The notes below the pieces were generated by a model. It ran no database searches. It worked only from the letters and a program-made list of their open reading frames with translations, and was not told the origin of the DNA. Positions 14,661-31,135 of a DNA stretch of 64,000 bases are shown piece by piece. Source of the stretch: the human T2T-CHM13v2.0 reference genome, Homo sapiens; assembly GCF_009914755.1 (NCBI RefSeq), contig NC_060934.1. One strand, 5' to 3'. The first letter of the stretch is position 1, and each line of letters begins with the position of its first letter. The translations under genes and the position numbers were made by a program.

Positions 14661-15070
14661 ACCATAACATTTTAAATAGTGATTCCTCTGGTTGGTTGTC
14701 CCTGGATTCCCATCCTTGCTGACCTGGAGCTTGGGTGTCTGTCTTGGCTCTGTCTTCAGCAGCCCTCCTCTAGATCCATACTGGACTCCACATTTTTTGC
14801 TTTAGTTACTCAGTATCTACAGTCCCTTCTCTGTAGCATCTTCCAGAAGTTTCTCAACATTTTGATCTACTCATACCATCCTTCCATGCTTTCCAGACTG
14901 TTACAAAGTCATTTCATTGGAATTTTAGGAGACAGTATATAGTCACCCCCACTATTTGGAACTAGTTTTCAGTACATTTTAAATGTATTAATACCCACCT
15001 ATATGCAAACACCGCTATGTACCAGTTGCTGTGCCCAGGCCTGACTGTGCTCATTTAGTCCTCGTGACAA

Positions 15071-15394
<324 letters not shown>

Positions 15395-16569
15395 TGAATT
15401 TTCCCAGCCCTGTTTTACAGATGAAAAAACTGAGGCTGAACCAAGTTAAGTAAGTTACTCAACATCATGCAGTAGTTAGCATTGAACCTGAGTTTGACTC
15501 ATTCAGTTACCACATTCACACCTAATAAGTTTTCTGATGATACAGCAGGGCCCCAACAGGTACCATCTGAAGGACAAACAGGGATAAATCCAAGTTCCTT
15601 ATTCTCTGTTTTTATTTTATTGATATATGAATTAAATAGAGAATTCACTTTTGTGGTCTAAGCAAAACCAACAGAGAACTCTGGGGCATTCTCTGTTTGC
15701 AAAGACATTATTTCCATTTTAGACATGTGCTTTCTCGCACAGCTGTAAGAGAGAAATGAAAAATACAGTAGCTGCAGACCAGGCGTGATTCCCATGTAGA
15801 CTGTGCAGAGAAAACTATGATTAAATTAAAAGGCTGTCATTTTCCATATATGAAAAAACTACCCATAGGAAAGTGTGTGTCAGTATTCATCAAAAAGAAA
15901 TTGAAGAAATTCATGTAGAGCATAAAATGTGATCAGATGTCCACTGAATTGACAGGCACCCTTCATTGCTTCATGAATGTGCTCAGATCTTAACTAGTTT
16001 GCTGTTTGTGACACTCTGTAGACAGGTACATGTCTAGCTAGTTGACATATTCAAGGACACAAATTTCTATTTTTTTCGTGACAAACATCTCATCATTATG
16101 GCAAAAGAAAATAAATTAGTAATAATGCTGACATTTTATATATTATGTGTCATAATGATATAATAATTACTCATTGTAATTAATAATAAATTAATGATTT
16201 TTGCACCTTCTGATGGGTAGATACAATGCTCAAATTCTCCATAGAAAAGATATTTACATTTTTAAAGAAAAAATTATAATTATGTCATTATTAATTGTTA
16301 ATGTTCATCACTTAGTAATTATCATTTTTAGGTGACTAAAGACTGACATTTTGGGCATGTTTAAGCACTGAATTTTGACATAAACATGTCATTCACCAGA
16401 TGTGTGTCCTTGTGTGATACCTATCTTCTCAGAGCCTTCATTTCTTCACTTGCACAATGAGGATAATATATTTTGCAGAGAAGTGGAAAGGATGAGAGGC
16501 ATAACCTCTAAAGCATAATATATTGCCAGATGCAGGTGCCCTGGAAATGGTAGGTATTAGGATAATTTA

Positions 16570-17075
16570 TTACACTTATCAATTTCTGCTCAACGAACCA
16601 TCCCAAACTTAGAGGTGTAAAGCAGACCATTTTATTATGGCTGCAGGTTCTGTGGGTCAGGAATTCCGACAGTCCACAGCAGGGCTAGCTTGTATCAGCT
16701 CCATGATGTCTGTGACCTCGGCTGGGAAGACTTGAGCAGTTGGGGGTGACCCAAAAAGCAGGAAACTGGGCTCATCTGGAGGGTTTTTCACTCTCTTGCC
16801 TGGTCCCTGGGCTGAGCTAGGACTGGCAGTGATGAGATCCCCTTCTACAGCCCCTCCGGGTGTCCTGGGCTTCTACTATCGAGGCAGCTGGGCTTCCAGA
16901 AGGAATGTCTGGAGAATGAATATTCTGAGAGGCCCAGATAGGTGGCTTTTGATGGGGGGACTTCCAGAGTCACATGGTGGCATCCACCACAGCCATCACA
17001 AGGCTGCTCAAGTTCAAGGCGATGGGACACAGACCCCACTTCTTAATGGGAGAAGTGTCAAAGAATAGGAGGCCC
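16570..17075. mobile_element. MLT1 (ERVL-MaLR) LTR
   Basis: aaccatcccaaacttagaggtgtaaagca...ggttctgtgggtcaggaattc...gaccccacttcttaatgggagaagtgtcaaaga. Confidence 0.75.
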
Positions 17076-17191
17076 ATCACCATCATTATCATTACACTGT
17101 GAGTATGTTTCTTGAATATGAGTAAAGAAAGAAAGTTTTTCATCATCCAACAGGAATTAAGTGAATATTTGCTTCAAGAAGTTATCCAGTT

Positions 17192-17619
17192 GGCTGGATA
17201 CAGTGGCTCACACCTATAATCCCAGCACTTTGGGTGGCCGAGGTGGGAAGATCACTTGAGGCCAGGAGGTCAAGACCAGCCTGCGCAACATAGCAAGAAC
17301 TCGGCCCCACAAAAAATTTAAAGATTAGCCAGGCATGGTGGTACATACCTATAGTCCCAGCTACTCAGGAGGCTGAAATGGGAGGATTGCTTGAGGCCAG
17401 TGGGTGGAGCCCAGCTTGGGCAACGTAGTGAGACCTCGTCCCTACAAAAAATTTAAAAATTAGCCAGGCATGGTGGCGCATACCTGTAGCCCCAGCTACT
17501 CAGGATACTGAAGTGGGAAGATTGCTTGAGCCCAGGAGTTTGAAGCTGCATTGAGTTATGATCACACCACTGCATTCCAGCCTGGATGACAGAGCAAGAC
17601 CCTATGGAAAAAAAAAAAA
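17192..17619 (+). mobile_element. Trimeric AluJ (internal duplication of about 135 bp)
   Basis: Linker and right-arm start occur twice (17276-17395 and 17411-17530). Confidence 0.88.
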
Positions 17620-17735
17620 TTATGTAGTTGTCCAGGGCAGGAACATTAATAGTGAGAATGAGTTTGATTCCCTAATACATAGCTTAACACCAGATTTTTT
17701 TTCATTCTGTACCTCTAAATAATAAAAAGATGTGA

Positions 17736-17912
<177 letters not shown>

Positions 17913-18059
17913 TGAGGGATGCTGTTTTTTCCTCATGCTTGACATGAAGCAAAAGCAAGTTTTGCCTTCACTAATGTATTTAGTTCTCATAATCCCTTTA
18001 CATACTTACTTGCCTTTGCCTTTAAATTAAAAAAAAAAAGTTGTTACCTACCTGTAGAG

Positions 18060-18465
18060 CAGTGGTTCTCAAACTTTAATATGCAATAGAATCATATGGA
18101 AAGCTTGCTAAACACAGATTATCGGGCCCCACCCCAAGAGTTCTGATTCCATAATTGTGTTCAAGACCAGCCTGGGCAACATAGTGAGACTTTGTCTTTA
18201 CAAAAGATTTTTAAAATTATCCCAACATGATGGTGCACACCTATAGTCCCAGTTACTATAGAGGTGGCTGAGGTGAGTGGATCACTTAAGCCCAGGAGCT
18301 CAAGACTGCTGTGAGCTACGATCATGCCACTGCACTCCAGCCTGGACAACACAGCAAGACTCTGTCTCTAGCAATAATACTTTTGAGGTGGGGCCAAGAA
18401 TTTTTATTTCAGTAAGAAGTGTCTGGGTGATGCTGGTCTGAAGACTCACACTTTGAGAACCACTG
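18060..18465. mobile_element. MER5A (hAT-Charlie) interrupted by a 5'-truncated Alu (about 18158-18370)
   Basis: TIRs CAGTGGTTCTCAAA / TTTGAGAACCACTG with typical internal sequence. Confidence 0.85.
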
Positions 18466-18619
18466 TTTCTGAGAAAATGTAGAACCAAACCCAAAGCTTA
18501 GCTTTGATCTCACCAAATTACTCAACTATGCAAACCTGCAAGAGCTTTTAAGTGTCTCGTAATCGCTTATGAGATTTATGTACTAACTATAAGAAGAACA
18601 GCAACAATGATAGAAACTA

Positions 18620-18840
18620 CAACCGCTATCACCACTTACTGAGTGTTTAACACACATCAGACATTTGGCAAGCACTTTGCACCCATTATTTTATGGAATC
18701 CTTACAAAGCCCACTGAAATATTCCAATTTTACAGATGAAGAAACTAAGGCCATATTATGGCTAAGTTTCCCAACATCCACAGTAAATGAAAAGCTGGAC
18801 CCATGTCTTTCAGAATCCAAAATCCTTGCTCATGCTCTTA
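18620..18840 (-). mobile_element. MIR
   Basis: ttttacagatgaagaaactaaggcc core. Confidence 0.65.
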
Positions 18841-19277
18841 ATAGCTAACTTCTCCCCATCCTCTCAGGTGGCCAAGAGCAACTCCTCATCCCAAGAGAAA
18901 TAATAGTCTCTCTTCTTTGGCTCCTTATTATTTTATTTATTCCTTTTATAAAATTATTGTTACATAGTATAGTGCTAAGTTATTTTTATGTCTGTCACCC
19001 TCTTCAGACTTTAAACTTTATTGATTCATTTAACAAATATTCAAGGTATGAATTCTAGCAATGACCTAACAGAGAGTTTGCATTCCATAAATGCTTCTTG
19101 AGCTAATGAGTGAATGAAATCAGAAGGGAAAAATCAGGGCAGAAAACCTTGACCCGTCACTGTGTAGATGAATGAGTTTCTGTGAAAATGAACAAGTGAT
19201 TGTTATGTGTATATGTTCGTGGGTTCCCTGTTTCTCTAGGTCACACCAGACTAAGTTACAATTGGGAAACATTATTA

Positions 19278-19357
19278 TTAGGTTGGTGCAAAAGTAATTG
19301 CGGTTTTCACAATTAAGAGTAATGGCCAAAACCACAATTAGTTTTGCACCAACCTAA
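19278..19357. mobile_element. MADE1 (Hsmar1-derived MITE), complete 80 bp
   Basis: Terminal inverted repeats TTAGGTTGGTGCAAAA...TTTTGCACCAACCTAA flanked by TA duplications. Confidence 0.95.
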
Positions 19358-19777
19358 TATAACAGTAACTAAGTAATAGCCACTGGTCCAGCCATCCTTG
19401 GTGGAGTCTCTGCAAGCCCAGCTCATCGGCTCTTTCTGGCTTGTTCCTGCTCCTGTTCACAGAGTCCTGGATGTGTCTCACAGGAACCCTCCGATGTCAC
19501 TGCCCTGTGCAAAGGATTTCATCATTCCTGTTGCACCTTCTGTGGCTCCCAGTGGCAGGACAGTCGTGTCCCTACAGGCTTATGCACTGCTCCTGGGGTT
19601 ACCTGGATTTGACCCCTCCTGAGGTGGCGGTGTCTGCCTTCCTCTGATCTCTGTGCAACTGCTGCGGGCTGAGATGTTACTCTAGGCACTTCTAACATAA
19701 ACCACAAGACAGAGACCTGTGCTTTTGACTTCCGTTAGGGTCTCAAAAGATAGTCCTTTTCTTCTTCTTTTTTTTTT

Positions 19778-19917
19778 TCACTTTAACACTTTTTAAATTT
19801 TTAACTTTTTGACTCTTGAAATAAGACTTAGCTGAAAAACACATACATTGTATAGCTGTACAAAAATATTTTTATATCCTTATTCTATTTATCTATTTAT
19901 ATAAGTGTTTTCTTTCC

Positions 19918-19948
<31 letters not shown>

Positions 19949-20265
19949 AGACAGAGTCTTGCTCTGTTGCTCAGGCTGGAGTGCAGTGGAGCGATCTCAG
20001 CTCACTGCAACCTCTGCCTCCCAGCTCAAGCCATTCTCCCAACCTCAACCTCCTGAATAGTTGAGATGACAGGCGTGCACCACCACACTCGGCTATTTTT
20101 AGTAGAGACTGGGTTTCACCATGTTGGCCAGGCTGGTCTCAAACTCCCAACCTCATGTGATCCATCTGCCTGGCCTCCCAAAGTGCTGGGATTACAGGCG
20201 TGAACCACCGCACCCGGCCAATATAAGCATTTTCTATTTTTTAATTCTTTTTTTAACTTCTTATT
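19778..20265. mobile_element. Tigger1 fragment interrupted by an Alu (about 19910-20219)
   Basis: ttttgactctt...acttagct...cattgtatagctgtacaaaaatatt...tatatccttattctat resembles Tigger1. Confidence 0.7.
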
Positions 20266-20269
20266 TTTA

Positions 20270-20570
20270 TTTTTCAACTTTTATTTTAGATTCATTGGAT
20301 ACGTGTACAAGTTTGTTACTGGGTATATTGTGTGATGCCAAGGTTTGTGGTACAGATGATCCCATCACCCGGGTACTGAGCATAGTCCTGAACATTAAAC
20401 CCAACAGTCAGGTTTTCAAACTTGCCTCTCCTCCCTCCTTCCCCACTCTAGTGGTCCCCAAAGTCTATTGTTCCCATCTCTATATCCATGAGTACGTGAT
20501 GTTCAGCTCGTACTTATAAGTGAGAACATGCAGTATTTGATTTTCTGTTCCTGTATTAATCCACTTAGGA
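20270..20570 (-). mobile_element. Old L1PA (L1PA15/16-like) 3' fragment
   Basis: gtttgttactgggtatattgtgtgatgc...gatcccatcacccgggtactgagcatag...acttataagtgagaacatgcagtatttg. Confidence 0.8.
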
Positions 20571-20744
20571 CTTTTCTTTTTTTAAATCCTTTTCCCTTTT
20601 ATTTCAACTCATGATCTCCCCTTCCTCACTAACTACAACCAACAACAACCCCAACCAACTACAACACAGGGGCCAGGTTGTTCCTCTGGTGGGGAAAGGA
20701 TGGGGCAAGTGGCGGGGACCCTGGTCAGGAGACAGTTGGATCTA

Positions 20745-21412
<668 letters not shown>

Positions 21413-21468
21413 CATAATATGCCACGCAATAGTCAACGTCCTGCTTCTATCCAAACCCACGGTCAGAG

Positions 21469-21575
21469 TCACCAACCTCAGCCTGTGTCCTTGCCCATCA
21501 TCTCTCACCAACCTCAGCCTGTGTAATTGCCCATAATCTCTCACCAACCTCAGCCTGCGTCCTTGCCCATCATCT
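21469..21575. repeat. 36-bp minisatellite, 3 copies
   Basis: tcaccaacctcagcctgtgtccttgcccatcatctc at 21469, 21505 and 21541. Confidence 0.95.
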
Positions 21576-21629
21576 GTCCAGGCATCTGGGGTAGCTCCAT
21601 GATTACTGCAGTTCCAATGGCTTCATGAT

Positions 21630-21880
21630 AGTAAGAGCAACACTTACTGAACTTTCAGTTCTAAGCCAGAGCCTCCTGTAAGCACTTCACATGCATTAAC
21701 TTATCGAATTCTCACCTTGACCTCATGAAATAGCTTATCATCACACCTTTTCTAAAGATTAAAAAAAAACTAAAGCACTGAGAGGTTAAATAACTTGCCC
21801 AAGATTACACAGCCAATAAGTGTCAGGGCTGGGTTTTGAACTCTGTCCTTGCCTCTGGACAAGGGTTTTGTCTGCATCAT
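21630..21880 (-). mobile_element. MIR
   Basis: aactaaagcactgagaggttaaataacttgcccaagattacacagccaataagtg core. Confidence 0.75.
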
Positions 21881-22352
21881 GTGGCTCAGTGGTCCTCTAG
21901 ACCGAAGCTCACCTAGATGGCCCCACATATCACAAGAGATACGTGCACAAAATAGAGACCCCCACACTGCACACGGGGCTAATTCTGCAAGATAATTTTG
22001 GGGAGGAATCTTAACTATTACTTTTTGTTTTATGTTAATGAATGAATCATTCTGAATGTGGGAGGTAAAGACTCAGTTCCTTTCTTGCTTCCAAATAACA
22101 GAGTGAAAAATATTGTCAGTAGCATCTTTGAGGAGGAAGGGAGAATATTTACTAAGAAATGCAGGAAAAGAATTAAAACTGGATTGTCACTGAAAAATCA
22201 TATGGTAGCTCAGATTCTTCTGATATAAAGTTTTTTCTATGGTATGGATCACCCAATGTATTGTGGACATACAGACAGTCACAGAAATGACCGTAAATCC
22301 TTCCTTCCAAACAGAGAGAGGTAAAAGGCACCTTGGGACCTGCACTGTTTAA

Positions 22353-22652
<300 letters not shown>

Positions 22653-23240
22653 TGTTTGAGCTTATTCATGCAAACTTTAGCAGACTTGACTGGGATTTTT
22701 ACTAACAGCTCTAATCCTCTGGGGTTTTCAGTGACAGATGCAGAACGTTGACCAAGATGGGTGGGGGCTGCGGGGGGAAGAAAAACAGAAAATCCCTCAC
22801 CCCACAGAAAAGCAAGAGTTGGTTGATAGTTCCAGTTTTATCCTTGAGCCACACCGCATGTAATTTTTCTGCACATGAAAACATCTGGCTCAGATCATCA
22901 TATCTTGAAAAGAAGAGCAAGCTACACATTTTCAACAATAGAGCTGATTAAATTATAGTGCAGTGCATCCACAGGAAAGAGGCTTGGAGCCATGAAAGTG
23001 GCTTTGGAATAATGCCCAATAATAGAAAGGAAAGCATTTTACAATCGCTATGGTCTGTATGGACCCACCTTCTCCTCATGTCTTTATCTCTATTTCCCAC
23101 CCACTTCTGAAGGAGTTCAGTTTGGCTTCTACCCTCAACACTCCTGCACTGATAACCAGGGAGGTATCTGTGCAGTTAAAGCCAAAGGTCATTCTTTCAT
23201 TTTCATCTTGAGAACATTCAGTATCCTCATCGTGTTTGTT

Positions 23241-23275
23241 TCATTCATTCATTCATTCATTCATTCATTCATTCA
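23241..23275. repeat. (TCAT)n microsatellite
   Basis: About 8 copies. Confidence 0.95.
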
Positions 23276-23326
23276 CATTTTCTTTTGGACATGAGAGATG
23301 ATGCATTAAATGTTGAAAAACATCTT

Positions 23327-23629
<303 letters not shown>

Positions 23630-24393
23630 TTAAGAGATAACAGCATACAGTTATTCATAGAGGTACATATCATTTCTTCTTAGGATTACAAAAGAAGTGT
23701 GTCTTCACTTCTTTACATTGACAATACAAAGATTCTAAGGCATATGGAACAGGCTAGGACCCTCAACTCTTTGTTACTCAAGCCCTTAGTCTTGTTCCTT
23801 ACAACTTTTAGAGCTCACAACATGATTTTTAGGTTTATCAAAAAATGTCATGAATGTTTCTATATTTCTTGTTGGTTTATTTCTCATTATTGAGTTATAT
23901 ATTGCTGGAAGTTTAACAACTTCTCTTGAATTCCAACAGGAAGCATTTGCTAGGTAGGCATTTGGTACCTAATGGATAATCTTTCATGATGGATAAATCT
24001 GCCACATCAGTCTCTCTTGACTTTGAAAATTAAAATCTGGGCACTTTGGGAATTTCTGCTGTCTTAATTGGCTGGCCTGTCCTGTGAACAGCCGTCTTCT
24101 CTAAATGGTATAATAACTGCATTTCAGCGCTGTCTCATTGTGAGTCTTTTTGAAAGCTTTTAAAATGATGTTGTGTGATCCAAATTTAAATTAATAGTTA
24201 AGCAGTGTGTTCTACCACCAATGCAAATAACTCAACTGAATGACAATTGGATCCTGCTTCACTCAGTTTGCGCATAAATGGTTGAGGAAAACTACATCAT
24301 AGGTGACCCCCGTTGGTGGTAGCCAAATTTCATAGTCTACTGTGTGAACCATCATGATTTCAGAAGCACTAAAATATAGAAACATACATTCTT

Positions 24394-24696
24394 GGCCAGG
24401 CACAGTGGCCCATGCCTGTAATTCCAACACTTTGGGAGGCCGAGGTGGGCAGATCACTTGAGGCCAAGAGTTTGAGACTAGCCTGTCCAACATGGTGAAA
24501 CCCCATCTCTACTAAAAATACAAAAATTACCCAGGTTTGGGGGTGCATGCCTGTAATCCGAGCTACTTAGGAGGCTGAGGCATGAGAATTGCTTGAACGC
24601 CGGAGGCAGAGGTTACAGTGAGCCGAGATCGCACCACTGCACTCCAGCCTGGGTGACAGAGCCACCCTGTCTCAAAAAAAAAAAAAAAAAAAAAAA
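24394..24696 (+). mobile_element. AluS
   Basis: Full-length Alu with long poly(A). Confidence 0.9.
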
Positions 24697-25779
24697 GTAT
24701 GTTCTTGAATAGAAGAAATATGTTGTCACTATTTCTCCTTTTGGTTTCAGTGATTTTTTTTAATGTTCTCCAGCAATTTGTGGATTTATTTTGCAATTAG
24801 AAACAACTCACAAAACAACTACCAGTTCTAGCGTGGGCTGTGGTAGATTGAGCCTTTCAGAGAGTGTATGAAGTGGTGGTTTCAGCTCTCCAGTGGCTGT
24901 ATCCTGCCTTCTAAGCAAAGCCTGGAATTTGTGCTCTGCCTAGGGCTGATGCCCAAACCTCAGTGGACAGGCCTGGTTTTCATTACTCCAGTAATAAGCA
25001 AGTTCATTACTTCATTGCTTGGAATCTTTAGCAAATATCCCCTCTGGGCTCCTGGAAGTTAAAAAGCCATTTGACACTAATATGCTCATGCTAAGTAAAA
25101 GAATTTTACTAATCGCCCAGGAAAATCTTCCTTGCACTAGAAAATGTTCATCTTCCAGTTGATGTTGAATGTTCTCTCCACAAAAATAATAACTGAGGTA
25201 AAGCATTTGTTAATTAGCTAGAACTAAGCATTCAACAATGTACACATACTTCAAAACATCCTGTTTCACATGATAAATACATAGAACTGTATCTGTTGGT
25301 TTAAAAAATAAGTTTTTTAAAAAGTAAAAAATAAATTGTCTTCCTTGCTGAAGCCAAATGAAAAATTGAGTCTAAAATATTTTAGGTTCTCCCACTTCCT
25401 CCTTCTCCATTTCCAGCTTGGAGTTGGAAGGAGAGAAAAGATTAATTTTTCTACATCATTGCTCAAAATCTTGTGATTACCAGAAAAGTTCCACTTCAGC
25501 CTGTTTATTAAGTAAGACATCTAGATCCAGGCATCTGTTTGCATCTCCTTTTTAACCAAGCTAAAGGTAGGTCTCAAGGCCATGGCCAGATCTGGACCTT
25601 GGCTTAACATTATCTGTTCTAGAGGCGGAAACGCCATCATGTCTATGAAGACATAACCCAGTTTTAGAAGTTTCTAGAAGCAGTGATGTAACAGACACCT
25701 CCCTCCTTTGAGATGAGAACGTGGCTCTATGAAAGCAGGTTTCTGTTTGACTCTCGCTGATGTGTCCGTGTCTTCCCTT

Positions 25780-26094
<315 letters not shown>

Positions 26095-26621
26095 TTCCCT
26101 TGCTTTTTCTTTGTGTGGATTTGAGTACATGTCAGATGTGCTGTGTGTGTCTAAGTGTGTGTTCCACCTGTGTTTTTCCTTCACACAATCCCAGGCCCTG
26201 ATATGTTGTCTATATGGCTTATTTTCTGGAGCAGACAGGAACAGTGTAATGAAAGAGATCAGACTTGCGTTTAAATCCCATCCGGCCATGGATGTCCTGT
26301 GTGATCTTGGGCATGTCATTCAAACTCCTGACCACAAGCTCCTCATCTAAGAAAAGAGTGATATTATCTACCCCCACATGGTTTCTATGAGATTTAGACC
26401 AGATAATATATCAGCAGTACACAGGAGAGATAATATTTTTTTTCCTTTGCATAGTCTTTCCCTGCTACTGCTTTTCATTCTGCTCTTCTCCCTTCTTCCC
26501 CTTCTCTGTTTTTTGTTTGTTTGTTTTGTTTTGTTTTTTAACCCAGGTCGAGTCAATTTCAAAGGCTGGTTCTGCTTCTTTTATTCTCCAGCTTTTCATT
26601 TTGAAAAGTTTCAAAGCTTAC

Positions 26622-27165
<544 letters not shown>

Positions 27166-27184
27166 AGACAGTTTTAAAAAGTTT

Positions 27185-28210
<1,026 letters not shown>

Positions 28211-28417
28211 ATGGTGGTTGTAGAATTATGTCTTTTGAAAAAATTCTATCATTGTCTCTTCTACTGCTCTCTCTTAAGCTGTTAACCTACTTTGCAATAC
28301 TTTTGAAGATTTTTCATGACCAAGGTAGGCACTATGCTTAGCAACAAAACACAAAGGCGAATAACACGGCCTCGACTCCTGCCCCTGTGGAGCTTGAGTG
28401 AATATACCATGTTTCTA

Positions 28418-28617
28418 ATTTTTTTGAGTCAAGGTCTCACTCTGTCACCTGGGCTTGAATGCAATGTTAGATCACAGTTCACTGCAACCTCAAACTCCTG
28501 GGCTCAAGTGATCCTCCCGCCTCAGCCTCTCAAGTAGCTAGGTGCATGCCACCACATCCAACTAACTTTTTAAAATTTTTTGTAGAGACGGGATCATGCT
28601 GTGTCGCCCAGGCTGGT
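28418..28617 (-). mobile_element. AluJ, truncated
   Basis: Right arm plus part of left arm. Confidence 0.85.
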
Positions 28618-28629
28618 AGTTTTTTAAAT

Positions 28630-29485
28630 TTATCCATTTATTTAACAAATAGTCACTCAGAGTCTATCATGTATTTACATTATTCTATTTACTGAGAATC
28701 CAACAGTGAACAAAAACAGTCAAATCCCTGCCCTCACCGGGCTTACACCGTAGTTGATGAGCGGGAAGAGAGTATAATTAGAGAAAGCAGAGGTGGTAGA
28801 AACAGTTGATTTTGAAATAGGTCAGGGCTCAGTAATGAGGAGACATTAAAGCAAAGACCTAAAGGCAGTGAGAGAACCGCTGTTTGGGTGAGTAGGGAAC
28901 AGGTGTTCCAGGCAGAGAGAAAAGCATGAGCGAATGCACGCTCACAGGGTTCGAGTTACAGCTGGGAGGCTCATGTGAGCAGAGCACAGAGATAAAATCC
29001 AAGGGGCCAGTGAGTGGGGCGGGAGGATGGAGGCGGTTGAGAAGGTAGCTGAATGTGTGAATTAGAAGGAGGCGTTTGGGGCCAGGCATGGTGTCTCATG
29101 CCTGTAATCCCAGCACTTTGGGAGGCCAAGGCAGGTGGTTCACTTGAGGTCAGGAGTGGCGCATGCCTGTAATCCAGCTACTCAGCAGTCTGAGGCAGGA
29201 GAATCACTTGAACCTGGGAGCTGGAGGTTGCAGTGAGCCAAGATTGTGCCACTGCACTCCAGCCTGGGCAACAGAGCGAGACTCCGTCTCAAAAAAAAAA
29301 AAAAAAGGAAAAGAAAGAGGCACTTGGGCTGGAGATGTGCTTTGGGGGTTGGCAGCATATGTATGGTATTTAAAGCCCTAAGAGCACCAAGGGAGTGAGT
29401 GTAGACCAAGGCTGAAGAGAAATGAGGTCAGGAAGGATGAGGAGGAACCCACAGAGAAGGCTGGAAGGAGAAGCTGGTAAGGTAG
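28630..29485 (-). mobile_element. L2 fragment (Alu inserted at 29081-29315; resumes about 30800-30950)
   Basis: catttatttaacaaata, gtgaacaaaaacagtcaaatccctgccctca, gttccaggcagag motifs. Confidence 0.65.
29081..29315 (+). mobile_element. AluS with internal deletion
   Basis: gaggtcaggag is joined directly to tggcgcatgcctgtaatc. Confidence 0.88.
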
Positions 29486-29486
29486 A

Positions 29487-30797
29487 TAGGGATGGAGCCA
29501 GAATCTCTGGGGCCTGAATCTTACACAATTTTGGGAGGCTCCCTTTTAAAAAGAAGGGATTTTTTTCTACTTGGGGTGGGAGATGAAGTCTCCCTTTAAA
29601 AAAATACAAAATTGTCAATGAAAAATTAAGGACAAGAGGGAATATTTATTTAGAGCCAAAAAGGAAATCACAATGAATGACCAATTTTTAAAAATTGACA
29701 TATATAACAAACATGTACATGTACCCCTGAACCTAAAATAATTTTTTAAATAAAATAAAGAAAAATATTTAAAATCATGGCTGGGATAGGAGACAGCAAT
29801 AATTTATAAAGTGTATAATTTATAAAGTGTATTTGTTATTAATCACTAGAGATCACTGAACCCAAAAGGACTTAACTGTGATACTTTACTGTGAAAAAAT
29901 AGTTTTCACTGCCTAAAATGAAACTCTTTATTTTACAGCATTATTAGAATATGCAAACATTTGAAAAAAAACAATAAAAATAAAAATTGACACGTAAGTG
30001 TATATATCTAAAAAGCAACATTGTAATCTTTATGATGATTAAATAACTTGCTGATGTATTTTTCCTACGCTTTTGGCTGCATATTCTTTTACCTTCTCTT
30101 CCTATAGGGAATAAATTTGAAATACAATTTTCTGTATAGATGATTTAGTGTCTCCTCCAGCATGGCTGATCAAAATTAATTTTTAGGATTGAGAGTTGAG
30201 AAGAAGTTGACTTTTGCTTGACAGCTCTAGATGGTAATGCCTCCTCTGTAACTTCCTCTGTGGTTTCTAGCTCTGGCGGTACTTCTTGCCAGTGAACAAG
30301 GCCTCAGAGAAGTGCAGCCTTTGTTCTTACTAACATGGCACCCTGTGGCATCCAAAGGCCCAGGCGACAGCTGGACTGTTTGGCCAGGACCACAGAACCA
30401 TCAGTTCCCACCACCCTCCCAAATCCTGAGCTGGAGCTGGGGGTGACATAAGGTAGCCAGGAAGCTTGGATCAAGGTGACCCCGGGCAAGGAGCAGAGCA
30501 GAGCGTTTCCTTCAGATCTTCTCCTTGGATTGGGACATGAGATCTAATGTCCACGAAATGCATCATGGGAGGGCTTTTGCTGGACTCCAAGTAAAGTGGA
30601 GATAGTGCTGGTAGTCGCCTGACCCCACTCCAAGACCTAGGAACCCTGACCCAGGTGACCTCCCAGCAACAGAACAGTGTTGTGTTGTGTGCTGCTGCTG
30701 GGGTGCCAGAGGAGACATGTGGCATCAGAAGGGTCCTGCAAGTGAGAAGCCCTGAAATGTAAGCTTCTTTGTTGGCTTCAAGGTACATTGGCCTCTG
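29487..30797 (-). mobile_element. Zaphod/MER115-like hAT-Tip100 relic nested in L2
   Basis: Minus-strand terminus CAGAGGCCAATGTACCTTGAAGCC...TTCAGGGCTTCTCACTTGCA and opposite end tggggcctgaatcttacacaattttggg resemble Zaphod termini. Confidence 0.55.
29799..29832. repeat. 16-bp tandem duplication
   Basis: ataatttataaagtgt twice. Confidence 0.9.
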
Positions 30798-30991
30798 TGA
30801 GGAGGAAAACCAGGAAAGAAAACTGTCAGGAAAGCCAAGTGAAGAAAATATTTCCAGGAGGGAGTGATCAATAATATTAAAGGCTGTATAAGATGCTGAC
30901 TGGGAACTAACCATTGGATTTCACAACAGAGAGATCATTGGTAATCTCTTCTTTCAAAATAACTTTAATATTGGAATGGTTGAGCTGCTTC

Positions 30992-31135
30992 TTTTTTTTT
31001 TTTTTTTTTTTTTTTTTGGTAAACATGGGATTTCCCCATGTTGCCCAGGCTGGTCTCTAACTCCTGGGCTCAAGTGATCTGCCTACCTCGACCTCCCAAA
31101 GTGCTGGGATTACAGGCATGAGCCACCATACACCA
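30992..31135 (-). mobile_element. Alu monomer (FLAM)
   Basis: Single arm with poly(T). Confidence 0.85.

Noticed and set aside
21469-21575. 36-bp repeats of CRISPR-like length
   Set aside because: Head-to-tail with no unique spacers, no cas genes, human intron.
30471-30914. 147-aa minus-strand ORF
   Set aside because: Spans L2 and hAT relic sequence, with no recognisable domain or transposase motif.
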